Below are positions 7,642 to 15,606 of a DNA stretch of 24,000 nt, in pieces (the stretch's first letter is position 1; each line of letters opens with the position of its first letter). The notes under the pieces are model-generated. The model did not search any database. It was not told where the DNA came from and worked only from the letters and a program-made list of their open reading frames with translations. The position numbers and the translations under genes were made by a program. Origin of the DNA: Candidatus Dormiibacterota bacterium (GTDB lineage: Bacteria; Chloroflexota; Dormibacteria; Dormibacterales; Dormibacteraceae); assembly GCA_035294145.1 (NCBI GenBank), contig DATGLL010000269.1, positions 4,110 to 28,109 of the forward strand, written 5' to 3'.

Positions 7642-8129
7642 AGGTCGACGAGATCCTGGATCGGATCGAGTACCTCCTCCACCATGCCCGGCGGGTGCCG
7701 TTCTCCAATCAGGTGATGGTGGACGAGGAGGAGGTCTTGGACCTGGTCGATCAGCTGCGCTTCAACCTCCCCGAGGAGATCAAGCAGGCCAACTGGACGG
7801 TGCAGGAGCAGCAGCGGCTCATCGCCGAGGCCCACGCCGAGGCCACCCGCATCCTGTCACGTGCCAACGAGCGGGCGGAGTCGGCGGTTCAGGAATCGGA
7901 GATCCTGCACCGTGCCGAGCGCCAGGCCCAGCAGACCCTGCGCGAGGCGCAGGCTCGGGCCGAGGAGATCATCCGGGAGGCGGAGGCGTACGCGCTGGAG
8001 CAGCTCCAGCAGCTTGAGGCGCACCTGACCCGTACCCTGGCCACGGTCAAGCGCGGGGTGGAGGCGCTGCAGTCCCCCCCGCCCGAGGATCGCTCGGAGA
8101 CGGGCGAGCTGGGGGGTGCCCGCCTCTAG
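7638..8129 (+). CDS. Conserved coiled-coil protein of unknown function (often auto-annotated 'ATPase / ATP synthase subunit-like' downstream of coaD in Firmicutes); proposed CTG start
   Basis: The track ORF starts at GTG 7695, but the same frame is open from 7584. From 7638 it encodes LKVDEILDRIEYLLHHARRVPFSNQ..., which I recognise as the conserved N-terminus of this family. No ATG/GTG/TTG lies in 7584-7694. CTG 7638 sits 8 nt after the GGAG core of AAGGAGAGG (7624-7632) and overlaps the coaD TGA (cTGA). Confidence 0.6.
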   Translation: MKVDEILDRIEYLLHHARRVPFSNQVMVDEEEVLDLVDQLRFNLPEEIKQANWTVQEQQRLIAEAHAEATRILSRANERAESAVQESEILHRAERQAQQTLREAQARAEEIIREAEAYALEQLQQLEAHLTRTLATVKRGVEALQSPPPEDRSETGELGGARL

Positions 8130-8144
8130 GCCAGCCCACCCCTC

Positions 8145-8153
8145 TGGTACACT
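8145..8153 (+). promoter_or_regulatory. Candidate extended -10 (TGgTACACT) 11 nt upstream of the rpmF ATG
   Basis: Matches TGnTAnnnT. rpmF has no SD, which is consistent with a very short or absent leader. Confidence 0.3.
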
Positions 8154-8164
8154 CTCGCACGCCC

Positions 8165-8341
8165 ATGGCACTTCCGAAGGTCAAGCTCTCCAAGGGGCGC
8201 ACCCGGCGGCGTCGCTCGCACCTGGCGCTGGGCCGGCTGCAGCTCGATCCGTGCCCACGTTGCCGACATCCTCGTCGACCGCACCACGTCTGCCCGAACT
8301 GTGGGCACTACGCTGGTCGCGAGGTCATCGAGACCGACTGA
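8165..8341 (+). CDS. rpmF: 50S ribosomal protein L32 (zinc-ribbon C4 form)
   Basis: Not in the ORF track (58 aa). Hand translation gives MALPKVKLSKGRTRRRRSHLALGRLQLDPCPRCRHPRRPHHVCPNCGHYAGREVIETD*. It has the L32 N-terminal P-K-x-K-x-S-K-x-R-x-x-x-R-R-S-H pattern plus CxxC..CxxC. It sits upstream of fabD, as in many bacteria. No SD is visible. Confidence 0.85.
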   Translation: MALPKVKLSKGRTRRRRSHLALGRLQLDPCPRCRHPRRPHHVCPNCGHYAGREVIETD

Positions 8342-8377
8342 TCGCTCCCTCTCGCATGCCCCAGCGTCCATCCGCCC

Positions 8378-9337
8378 GTGCGTGAGGCGACCGGCGTCGG
8401 GACCTCCCCCAGCCGGCCCGCCGGCGGCGGGGTCGCCTTCCTCTTCCCCGGCCAGGGATCGCAGCACCAGGGCATGGGGGCCGAGCTGCTCGACGATGCC
8501 GAGATCGCGGAGCTCGCGCGGCGATGCTCGCGCGCGGCCGGGATCGACCTGGTCTGGCTGCTGACCTCGGCGGGCGAGGAGGAGCTGCGAGCGACCGCCA
8601 ACGCGCAGCCGGCGCTCCTGTTCATGGGCGTGGCCCTGGCTCGCCTGCTGGAGCGAGCGGGCATCCGGCCCGATGCCGCAGCCGGGCACTCGGTCGGGGA
8701 GTACACGGCCCTGTGCGTGGCGGGGGCGATCGCCCCCGAGGAGGCGGTTCAGGTGGTGGTCGCCCGTGGCCGGGCGATGGCCGCGGCAGCCCCACCTGGC
8801 ACCAGCTCGATGTGCGCGGTGCTCGGCATTGGCCCGGAGGTGGTGGAGCGGGCCCTGGAGGGGGTGCCCGAGGTCTGGCTGGCCAACTACAACACCCCCA
8901 CCCAGACCGTCATCGGGGGCAGCCTCCGCGGGCTGGAGCTGGCCGCCGAGCGGGTGAGAAAGGCCGGGGCACGTCGGGTCGTCCCGCTGAACGTGGCCGC
9001 CGCCTTCCATACCCCGATCGTCGCCCCGGCCGGCGCGGGGCTGCGCGGGACCCTGCGGGCCGTCGCCTGGCGGGCGCCTCGCCTCCCGGTCGTCGCCAAC
9101 CTGACCGGCGAGCCCTACCGAACGGCAGAGGAGATCCCGGACGTGCTCGAGCGGCAGCTCAGCGCGCCCGTCCGTTGGGCCGACTGCGTGCGCCAGCTGG
9201 CGGCCATGGGGTGCCGGCACTTCGTCGAGGTCGGTCCGCGACGGGTCCTCGCCGGCATGATGCGAGAGCTGGTGCCGACGGCCCGGGCCCACGCCGTCTC
9301 CACACGAGCGGCGGCGCTGCAGCTCTGCCTTGCCTGA
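8378..9337 (+). CDS. fabD: Malonyl-CoA:ACP transacylase FabD
   Basis: Motifs are AFLFPGQGSQ, GHSVGEYTAL (GHSxG nucleophile) and NV(A)AAFHT. The GTG 8378 start is uncertain because no SD is seen, and the N-terminal ~19 aa are not conserved-looking. Confidence 0.8.
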   Translation: MREATGVGTSPSRPAGGGVAFLFPGQGSQHQGMGAELLDDAEIAELARRCSRAAGIDLVWLLTSAGEEELRATANAQPALLFMGVALARLLERAGIRPDAAAGHSVGEYTALCVAGAIAPEEAVQVVVARGRAMAAAAPPGTSSMCAVLGIGPEVVERALEGVPEVWLANYNTPTQTVIGGSLRGLELAAERVRKAGARRVVPLNVAAAFHTPIVAPAGAGLRGTLRAVAWRAPRLPVVANLTGEPYRTAEEIPDVLERQLSAPVRWADCVRQLAAMGCRHFVEVGPRRVLAGMMRELVPTARAHAVSTRAAALQLCLA

Positions 9338-9381
9338 GCCATACCGCTCATGGTCCCATCCCGCCGCAGATCGGACGCGGC

Positions 9382-9390
9382 TGATACAGT
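9382..9390 (+). promoter_or_regulatory. Candidate extended -10 promoter (TGaTACAGT) for acpP
   Basis: Matches TGnTAnnnT. It lies 41 nt upstream of the TTG start and is followed by a 6-bp hairpin gccgca-cgct-tgcggc (9395-9410) and the SD GGAGGA (9419-9424). Confidence 0.3.
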
Positions 9391-9430
9391 AGACGCCGCA
9401 CGCTTGCGGCCACCTTCTGGAGGACGATAT

Positions 9431-9679
9431 TTGGACAGCCAGAAGATCAGCTTCGAAGAGTTCAAGAACATCATCGTCGAGCGGCTGGGGTGCGAGCCCG
9501 AGCAGGTGACGATGGATGCCTCGTTCCAGGAGGACCTGAACGCCGATTCGTTGGATCTGGTCGAGCTGATCTACGCCTTCGAGGAGAACACCGGCCTCGA
9601 GATCCCGGACGAGGACGCGGAGAAGATCACGACCGTGGGTCAGGCCTGGGAGTACATTCAGGAGAAGTCGGCCTCATAG
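9431..9679 (+). CDS. acpP: Acyl carrier protein
   Basis: Carries [18 protein letters not shown], with the phosphopantetheine-attachment Ser in the DSL motif. The track ORF from 9350 is too long. In-frame TTG 9431 lies 6 nt after GGAGGA (9419-9424) and gives a typical 82-aa ACP. Confidence 0.85.
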   Translation: MDSQKISFEEFKNIIVERLGCEPEQVTMDASFQEDLNADSLDLVELIYAFEENTGLEIPDEDAEKITTVGQAWEYIQEKSAS

Positions 9680-9744
9680 GCAACGCTCGCTCAGGTGGCC
9701 GCAACCGGCGGTCGACCCAGGATCTGGAGGTGCCGAGGGGCCGG

Positions 9745-10605
9745 TTGGAGGAACTCCAGGAGAAGATCGGGGTTGCCTTCCGGAACCCGGCCCTCCTGCG
9801 CGAGGCCTTGACCCACAGTTCCTTCGCCAACGAGAACCCTGAGATCTCCCCCCGTGACAACGAGCGACTGGAGTACCTGGGCGACGCGGTGCTCCAGCTG
9901 ATCACAGCCGAGTACCTCTTCAAGCTCAACCCGGGGGCTCAGGAGGGCGAGATGACCCAGGTGCGTTCGGTCATGGTCAACACCAACACCCTGGCCGCGC
10001 TCGCCGAGGGGATCGGCCTTGGGGACTACCTGTACCTGGGGAGGGGGATCGCCAAGGGCGGAGGCCGGACGCTGAAGTCGCTGCTGGCCAACGCCTTCGA
10101 GGCGGTCCTGGGGGCGATCTTCCTCGACGCCGGCTACGACGCCGCCTACCACTACTACCTGGACCGCTTCCGCGCCCTGCCCGAGCCGGTCCAGGATGAG
10201 AACTACAAGGGGCGGCTGCAGCAGGTGGTCCAGGAGCGGTACGGGCTGACCCCCTTCTACGACAGCGCCGGAGCCAGGGGCGGCCGGCAGCGCGAGTACA
10301 CGGCGGTGGTCTACGCCGGGGCGGAGCCGCTCGGGACCGGGCACGGCCCCACCAAGCAGGCGGCGGAGCAGGAGGCGGCGAGGAACGCGCTCGCCGAGCT
10401 GGAGCAGGCCGCGGTCGGCCCGCGAGAGCGACGTCGCGAGCGCCAGGAGCCACCGGCGCGAGAGGAGCCTCCGCCGGTCGAGGCCGAGCCCGAGGCGCCG
10501 GCCGCTGCCGAGCCCAGGCCACGTCGGCGGACGCGCCGGCCGCGCAAGGGAGCCGAGGAGCCCGAGCCGTCGCCGGACGGGGAGCTGGCCAGGACCGGCG
10601 CCTGA
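9745..10605 (+). CDS. rnc: Ribonuclease III with an atypical ~65-aa Pro/Glu/Arg-rich C-terminal tail
   Basis: Carries the RNase III signature NERLEYLGDAVL and a dsRBD (YKGRLQQVVQE...GPTKQAAEQEAARNALAEL). TTG 9745 follows GAGGGG and gives MEELQEKIGVAFRNPALL. GTG 9730 is an alternative start. Confidence 0.85.
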   Translation: MEELQEKIGVAFRNPALLREALTHSSFANENPEISPRDNERLEYLGDAVLQLITAEYLFKLNPGAQEGEMTQVRSVMVNTNTLAALAEGIGLGDYLYLGRGIAKGGGRTLKSLLANAFEAVLGAIFLDAGYDAAYHYYLDRFRALPEPVQDENYKGRLQQVVQERYGLTPFYDSAGARGGRQREYTAVVYAGAEPLGTGHGPTKQAAEQEAARNALAELEQAAVGPRERRRERQEPPAREEPPPVEAEPEAPAAAEPRPRRRTRRPRKGAEEPEPSPDGELARTGA

Positions 10606-10632
10606 GAGGGTCCCGGGCCGCCGGGTCGAAGC

Positions 10633-10641
10633 TGGTAAGCT
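10633..10641 (+). promoter_or_regulatory. Candidate extended -10 (TGgTAAGCT) 9 nt upstream of the smc GTG
   Basis: Matches TGnTAnnnT in the 45-nt rnc-smc spacer. No SD lies before GTG 10651. Confidence 0.3.
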
Positions 10642-10650
10642 CACCGCCTG

Positions 10651-13600
10651 GTGCGTCTGCGCTCTCTCCGGCTTGCGGGATTCAAGACCTTCGCGCGCCA
10701 GACCGAGATCACCTTCGACCCGGGCGTCACCGCCATCGTTGGCCCCAACGGCTCGGGCAAGAGCAACACGGTCGACGCGATCAAGTGGGTGCTGGGCGAG
10801 CGCCAAGCGAAGGACCTGCGCGGTCGCCGGATGGACGAGGTCATCTACTCAGGCGGGGAGCGCCGGCCGCGGGCGGCGCAGGCCGAGGTCGCCATCGTGA
10901 TCGACAACACCGATCGACGCCTCCCGCTCGATCGCGACGAGGTGGAGATCCGACGACGCCTGGACCGGAGCGGCCAGAGCGATTACTTCCTGAATGGCAC
11001 GCGCGTCCGGCGTCACGACCTGCTGGACGTGCTGGCCTCGACCGGGCTGACCACCGACTCCTACGCGATCGTGGACCAGCGCGACATCGAGGCCATCATC
11101 AGCTGCACGCCCGATCAGCGACGTCGTCTGATCGAGGAGGCGGCGCAGGTGCGCCAGGTGAAGGCGAAGCGGGTCGAGGCGGTGGCCCGGCTGGAGGAGT
11201 TGGCTGCCAACCTGGTGCGGCTGGAGGACCTGCGCGGGGAGATCGAGCCGCGCCTGGAGACGGTCCGCGCCCAAGCCGCGGCCGCGCGCGAGGCTGAGCA
11301 GATCCGGCAGCGACTGGAGCTGTTGCGGGGCAGCATCGTCTGGGAGGAATGGCGCGAGGCCCGAGATCTGCACCGACGCGAGCAGGCCCAGGTCGAGGCC
11401 CTGAGCCGACGCTTGGAGGAGGCCCGCGCCCAGGCGCGAGCCGCGGAGGAGACGTACGCCCGCTGCCAGCAGGAGCTGCAGGCCATGCAGGACCGGCAGC
11501 TCCAACGGCAGCGTCGGTTGTCGGCCGGGCGGCTCGAGGTCCAGCGCGCCGAGCACGAGCTGGCCCTGGCCGAGGAGCGGTTGCGCAGCCAGACGGCGCT
11601 GGCCGAGGCGGCGCGCACCGAGCACGCCGAGATCGCGGAGCGGGTCGCTGCCCTGGCCGCCCGGCGGGAGGGGATCGCCCAGGCGCTGGCGGCCGCCGAG
11701 CAGCGTCTCTCCGAGGTGCCACCGCCTCCGCCTCCCCCACCACTCGGCGACGCCCGGCCGGCTCGGGAGGCGGCGCAGGCGGCGGAGCAGGCGCGCCGTC
11801 GCCTGGTGGCCTGCGAGTCCCAGCTGGCCCAGGCCCGCAGCCGGGTCCGTTTCCAAGAGGAGGCCCTCGCCCGTCTCGAGGCCTCGGTGCTGCCGGCCGA
11901 GCGCGAGCTTCCCGCCGCTCAGGAGCAGGCCGAGGCGGCCCAGGGTCGGGCCCGAGAGGCGGCGGAGGCGGCCTCGCGCCTGGCCCGGTTGCGGGCCGAG
12001 CTGGAGGGCCTGGACGCGCTCTGGCCGGCGCCGGCGGGGCACGGGCTCCGTCGGGTCGGCGACGTGATCGTGGCCCGACCCGGGGCCGAGGCCGCGCTCT
12101 CGGCCGCGCTCGGTCCGCTGCTCGACGCCTGGGCAGCCCCCGACGAGGCCGGCGCGTGGACGGCGGCGCGGACGGATGCCCAGCAGGCCACCATCGTCTA
12201 TCCGACGGGGCCGGTTGAGGTTGAGGAGGGGGCGCTGTTCGAGCAGGTGACCTGTGAGCCCGGGTTCGAGCCGCTGGCGAGACAGCTGCTGGGGCACGTC
12301 GTGCTGGGACGAGACGTCACCTCCGAGGGGGTCTACCACGAGCCGGGCCTCATCCGCGCCGGGAGCGATCCCCGGGTGGGGCTGACGGCGCGGCGTCATC
12401 GTCTTCGCCAGGAGATCGCGGGCCTGGAACCTCTGGCCGCCCGTGCCCGGGAGCGCAACGAGGAGGCCCGCCGGGCCCAGGCGCGGCTCCAGGAGCTCAG
12501 GTCCGCGGCCGGGCAGCGAGGGCAGCTCGATCACGCGGCCGCGCAGTTGGCCGAGGCGCGGGAGGTCGAGCGGCGTGAGGCGGCCCGCTTGCCCGAGCTG
12601 GAGCGAGGCCTGCGCGAGGCCGAAGCCCTCGCTGCCGAGGCCCGCCGGGCGGCGGCGGAGCGGGAGCGGCTGGCCGCGACCCATCGGGCGGAGGTGCAGC
12701 GGCTGGAGCTGGAGCGAGCCCGCTGGCGGGAGCGGGTGGGCGACCTCCGGCGCCAGCTGTCGGCGCTCGAGGCCGACCTGGCCGCCCTGGAGCGAGGCCG
12801 ACAGGCGAGGATCGAGCGGGCGGCGCGGGCCGAGCAGGTGGCGGCCGAGGCACAGGCCGCCCTGCCTGCTCTCCGAGATCGTGTCCGGGCGGCGCGGGCC
12901 GACCTGGAGCGGGTCGAGGGGGAGTCGCCGGACGAGGAGGCGCAGCTGGCCGAGGCCGCCAGGCGCCTGGTGGCGGCGGAGGAGGCGCACGTCAAGGCCC
13001 GGCTCGAGGTCGGGTCCCTGGAGAGCGGGCTCGAGCTGCATCGACGTGAGGCCGAGCGGGCGGGGCGACGGATGGAGGAGCTGCGGGCTCGGATGCCCGC
13101 CGGCCTGACCCCGGAGGAGGTGCCGGGTGGCAAGGCCCGCGAGCGGGAGATGCGCCAGCTGGAGCGGCGGCTGCGTGAGATCGGCCCGGTGAACGCGCTG
13201 GCGGAGTCGGAGTGCGCCGAGCTCGAGGGACGCTACTCCAACCTGATCGCCCAGCTGGAGGACATCAAGGCGGCCCGCAAGGACCTGGAGCAGCTGATCG
13301 CCCAGCTCCGTCAGGAGGAGGAGAGCCGCTACGAGGCGGTCTTCGGCGCCGTGGCGGTCAACTTCCAGGACCTCTTCGCCGAGCTCACCGCCGGAGGCAG
13401 GGCAACCCTCCGCCACGCCCCGGGGGCGGAGGGGCCACGGAGCGGGGTCGAGATCCTGGTCCAGCCTCCCCGCAAGCGCATGCAGAGCATCTCGCTGCTG
13501 AGCACCGGGGAGCGTGCCCTGACCGCGCTGGCCTTGGTCATGGCCCTCCAGGAGATCAACCCCGCCCCCTTCACGATCATGGACGAGGTCGATGCCGCCC

Positions 13601-13815
13601 TGGACGATGCGAACGTGGCCCGCTTCGGCGACCTCATCGAGCGTCTCGGGCGTCGACGTCAGCTGATGATCGTCACCCACAACCACATGACGATGGCATG
13701 CGCCTCCGCCCTCTACGGCATCCACCTCGACGAGAGCGGCTGCTCCCACATCGTCTCCGTGCGGCTCGAGGACATCCAGGCCAAGAGGCCATCGCCGGCG
13801 ATCCAGAGCGCCTGA
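10651..13815 (+). CDS. smc: Chromosome segregation protein SMC (short, 1054 aa; divergent hinge)
   Basis: N-terminal head has GFKTFA and GPNGSGKSN (Walker A). Long Ala/Glu/Arg/Leu coiled-coil arms flank a hinge-like segment at about 12001-12420. C-terminal head has LLSTGERALTALAL (signature) and FTIMDEVDAALD (Walker B). The rnc-smc-ftsY order is classical. Confidence 0.9.
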   Translation: MRLRSLRLAGFKTFARQTEITFDPGVTAIVGPNGSGKSNTVDAIKWVLGERQAKDLRGRRMDEVIYSGGERRPRAAQAEVAIVIDNTDRRLPLDRDEVEIRRRLDRSGQSDYFLNGTRVRRHDLLDVLASTGLTTDSYAIVDQRDIEAIISCTPDQRRRLIEEAAQVRQVKAKRVEAVARLEELAANLVRLEDLRGEIEPRLETVRAQAAAAREAEQIRQRLELLRGSIVWEEWREARDLHRREQAQVEALSRRLEEARAQARAAEETYARCQQELQAMQDRQLQRQRRLSAGRLEVQRAEHELALAEERLRSQTALAEAARTEHAEIAERVAALAARREGIAQALAAAEQRLSEVPPPPPPPPLGDARPAREAAQAAEQARRRLVACESQLAQARSRVRFQEEALARLEASVLPAERELPAAQEQAEAAQGRAREAAEAASRLARLRAELEGLDALWPAPAGHGLRRVGDVIVARPGAEAALSAALGPLLDAWAAPDEAGAWTAARTDAQQATIVYPTGPVEVEEGALFEQVTCEPGFEPLARQLLGHVVLGRDVTSEGVYHEPGLIRAGSDPRVGLTARRHRLRQEIAGLEPLAARARERNEEARRAQARLQELRSAAGQRGQLDHAAAQLAEAREVERREAARLPELERGLREAEALAAEARRAAAERERLAATHRAEVQRLELERARWRERVGDLRRQLSALEADLAALERGRQARIERAARAEQVAAEAQAALPALRDRVRAARADLERVEGESPDEEAQLAEAARRLVAAEEAHVKARLEVGSLESGLELHRREAERAGRRMEELRARMPAGLTPEEVPGGKAREREMRQLERRLREIGPVNALAESECAELEGRYSNLIAQLEDIKAARKDLEQLIAQLRQEEESRYEAVFGAVAVNFQDLFAELTAGGRATLRHAPGAEGPRSGVEILVQPPRKRMQSISLLSTGERALTALALVMALQEINPAPFTIMDEVDAALDDANVARFGDLIERLGRRRQLMIVTHNHMTMACASALYGIHLDESGCSHIVSVRLEDIQAKRPSPAIQSA

Positions 13816-13847
13816 CCTCGCCTCCCCCGGGCACAATAGGAGGCTCG

Positions 13848-14750
13848 ATGGCGTCGATCTGGTCGAAGGTGGCGAGCCGCACCCGCGGGCTCTTCACCGA
13901 GGGGCTGCGGGCCGCGGGCACCCCGCTCTCCCCCGGCTTCTACGAGCAGCTGGAGGAGCTGCTGATCGTCGGCGACGTCGGCCCGACCCTCGCCGCCGAG
14001 CTGGTCCGACGCGTCCGGGAGCGACGCCCACGCACCCTGGAGGCGGCGCGGGAGGCGCTGGTCGAGGAGGTCGCCTCCCTCATGTCGTCACAGCCACGCG
14101 CCCTCTTCATCGATGCCCGGCCCTCCTGCGTCCTCCTCTACGGCGTGAACGGCTCGGGCAAGACGACCACCATCGGTAAGCTGGCCTACCTCCTCGCCGC
14201 GGACGGCTTCGCTCCGCTGGTCGTGGCCGCGGACACCTACCGCGCCGCTGCCATCGAGCAGCTGCAGGTCCTGGCCGAGCGAGCCGGGGTGCCCTGCTTC
14301 GCCGGGCGCCCGGGCGGTGATCCGGCTGCGGTCGTGTTCGACGGCCTGCAGACGGCGGCCCGGCGGGGGCATGGGGTGGTCCTGGTCGACACCGCCGGCC
14401 GTCTCCAGACCCAGCAGAACCTCCTCAACGAGCTGGCGAAGGTGGCCCGCGTTGCGGGCAGGGCCCTGCCCGGGGCCCCCCACGAGTCCCTGCTGGTCTT
14501 GGATGGCCACCTGGGCCAGTCCAGCCTCTCCCAGGCCCGTGGCTTCGGCAAGGCGCTCGCCATCACGGGGTTGGTGCTGGCCAAGATGGACGGGACCGCC
14601 AAGGGGGGAGCGGTGATCGCGATCGAGGCCGAGCTGGGCGTGCCGACCAAGCTGGTCGGGGTGGGGGAGGGCCTGACCGACCTGGTGGCGTTCGACGTCC
14701 GTCGCTTCGTGGCCTCGCTCTTCGGCGAGGACGCCGGGGACCAGGGCTGA
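13848..14750 (+). CDS. ftsY: Signal recognition particle receptor FtsY (short form, NG domain only)
   Basis: ATG 13848 lies 4 nt after AGGAGG (13838-13843). GTPase motifs are GVNGSGKTTTIGKLA, DTAGR and AKMDGTAKGG. Length is 300 aa. The track ORF start at 13212 lies inside smc and is spurious. Confidence 0.9.
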   Translation: MASIWSKVASRTRGLFTEGLRAAGTPLSPGFYEQLEELLIVGDVGPTLAAELVRRVRERRPRTLEAAREALVEEVASLMSSQPRALFIDARPSCVLLYGVNGSGKTTTIGKLAYLLAADGFAPLVVAADTYRAAAIEQLQVLAERAGVPCFAGRPGGDPAAVVFDGLQTAARRGHGVVLVDTAGRLQTQQNLLNELAKVARVAGRALPGAPHESLLVLDGHLGQSSLSQARGFGKALAITGLVLAKMDGTAKGGAVIAIEAELGVPTKLVGVGEGLTDLVAFDVRRFVASLFGEDAGDQG

Positions 14751-14820
14751 GGGGCCCCGGGTCGGCGCTGGATCGAGGCCGGTCGTGTCGGGGGCCCAAC
14801 GGGAGAGGAGGAGGGCGGAG

Positions 14821-15606
14821 ATGCCTGAAGGGCCTGTGGACGACGTGCCCCGGTCCGGCGAGCCGGGCAAGGATGGTGGTGAGCCCGTCGTCTCCTTGGC
14901 CGACCCTCACTGCCACACCGTCGCTTCCGACGGCATGGTCTCACCGGCTGAGCTGGTGGCCGCGGCCCGGGCCGCCGGTCTGGCCCTGATCGCCGTCACC
15001 GACCACGACACCATGGCCGCGACTCGAGAGGCATGGGAGCGCGGCCAGGAGATCGGGGTGGCGGTCGTGCGTGGCCAGGAGATCACGACCCGCTGGCCGG
15101 CGCAGACCCACGTGGTGGGCTGGTTCCTGGAGCGGCCGATCCGCAGCGGCATGAGCCTGGGGGACACGATCGACGCCATCCACGACCAGGGTGGCCTGGC
15201 GGTGATCCCTCACCCGTTCATGCCCACCTACTTCGCCTCCTGCCAGCCGGGGATGCTCGCTCGCCTGATTGAGCGGCACCCGGTCGACGCCATCGAGGTG
15301 CTCCACACCGCCCCCATGTCGGCCGGCCGACGCCGGCTCCTGGCGGCCTTCTACCAGGCCAACCGCGAGCGTCTGGGGGCGGCCGTGGGGGCCAGTGACA
15401 GCCACTTCGGGCGGCACGACCTCGGAGGGATGGTCACGGAGTTCGACGGCCTCACGGCCGAGGACTTCCGCGCCGCCGTCCTCGGCCGGCGTACCCGGCC
15501 CCGGGTGGGCGGGCGGGCGACCGTCCCGCTCGGCCTGGCGTTGCGCCAGCAATGGCGGAGCCTGGTCGACCTGCCGCTCAGGCGGCTACGCCATCGGCTG
15601 CCCTGA
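14821..15606 (+). CDS. PHP-domain metal-dependent phosphoesterase (TrpH/YciV-like)
   Basis: Carries DPHCHTVASDGMVSP, IAVTDHDT and IPHPF. ATG 14821 follows a GGAGAGGAGGAGGG tract. In-frame GTG 14785 is an alternative start. Confidence 0.7.
   Translation: MPEGPVDDVPRSGEPGKDGGEPVVSLADPHCHTVASDGMVSPAELVAAARAAGLALIAVTDHDTMAATREAWERGQEIGVAVVRGQEITTRWPAQTHVVGWFLERPIRSGMSLGDTIDAIHDQGGLAVIPHPFMPTYFASCQPGMLARLIERHPVDAIEVLHTAPMSAGRRRLLAAFYQANRERLGAAVGASDSHFGRHDLGGMVTEFDGLTAEDFRAAVLGRRTRPRVGGRATVPLGLALRQQWRSLVDLPLRRLRHRLP

Noticed and set aside
10849-13836. A 995-aa ORF antisense to the whole of smc.
   Set aside because: This is a classic shadow ORF of a very GC-rich gene, because stop codons are rare on the opposite strand. 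The translation is Arg/Gly/Pro/Leu-rich low-complexity sequence with no recognisable motifs, and the sense strand encodes a complete, motif-bearing SMC.
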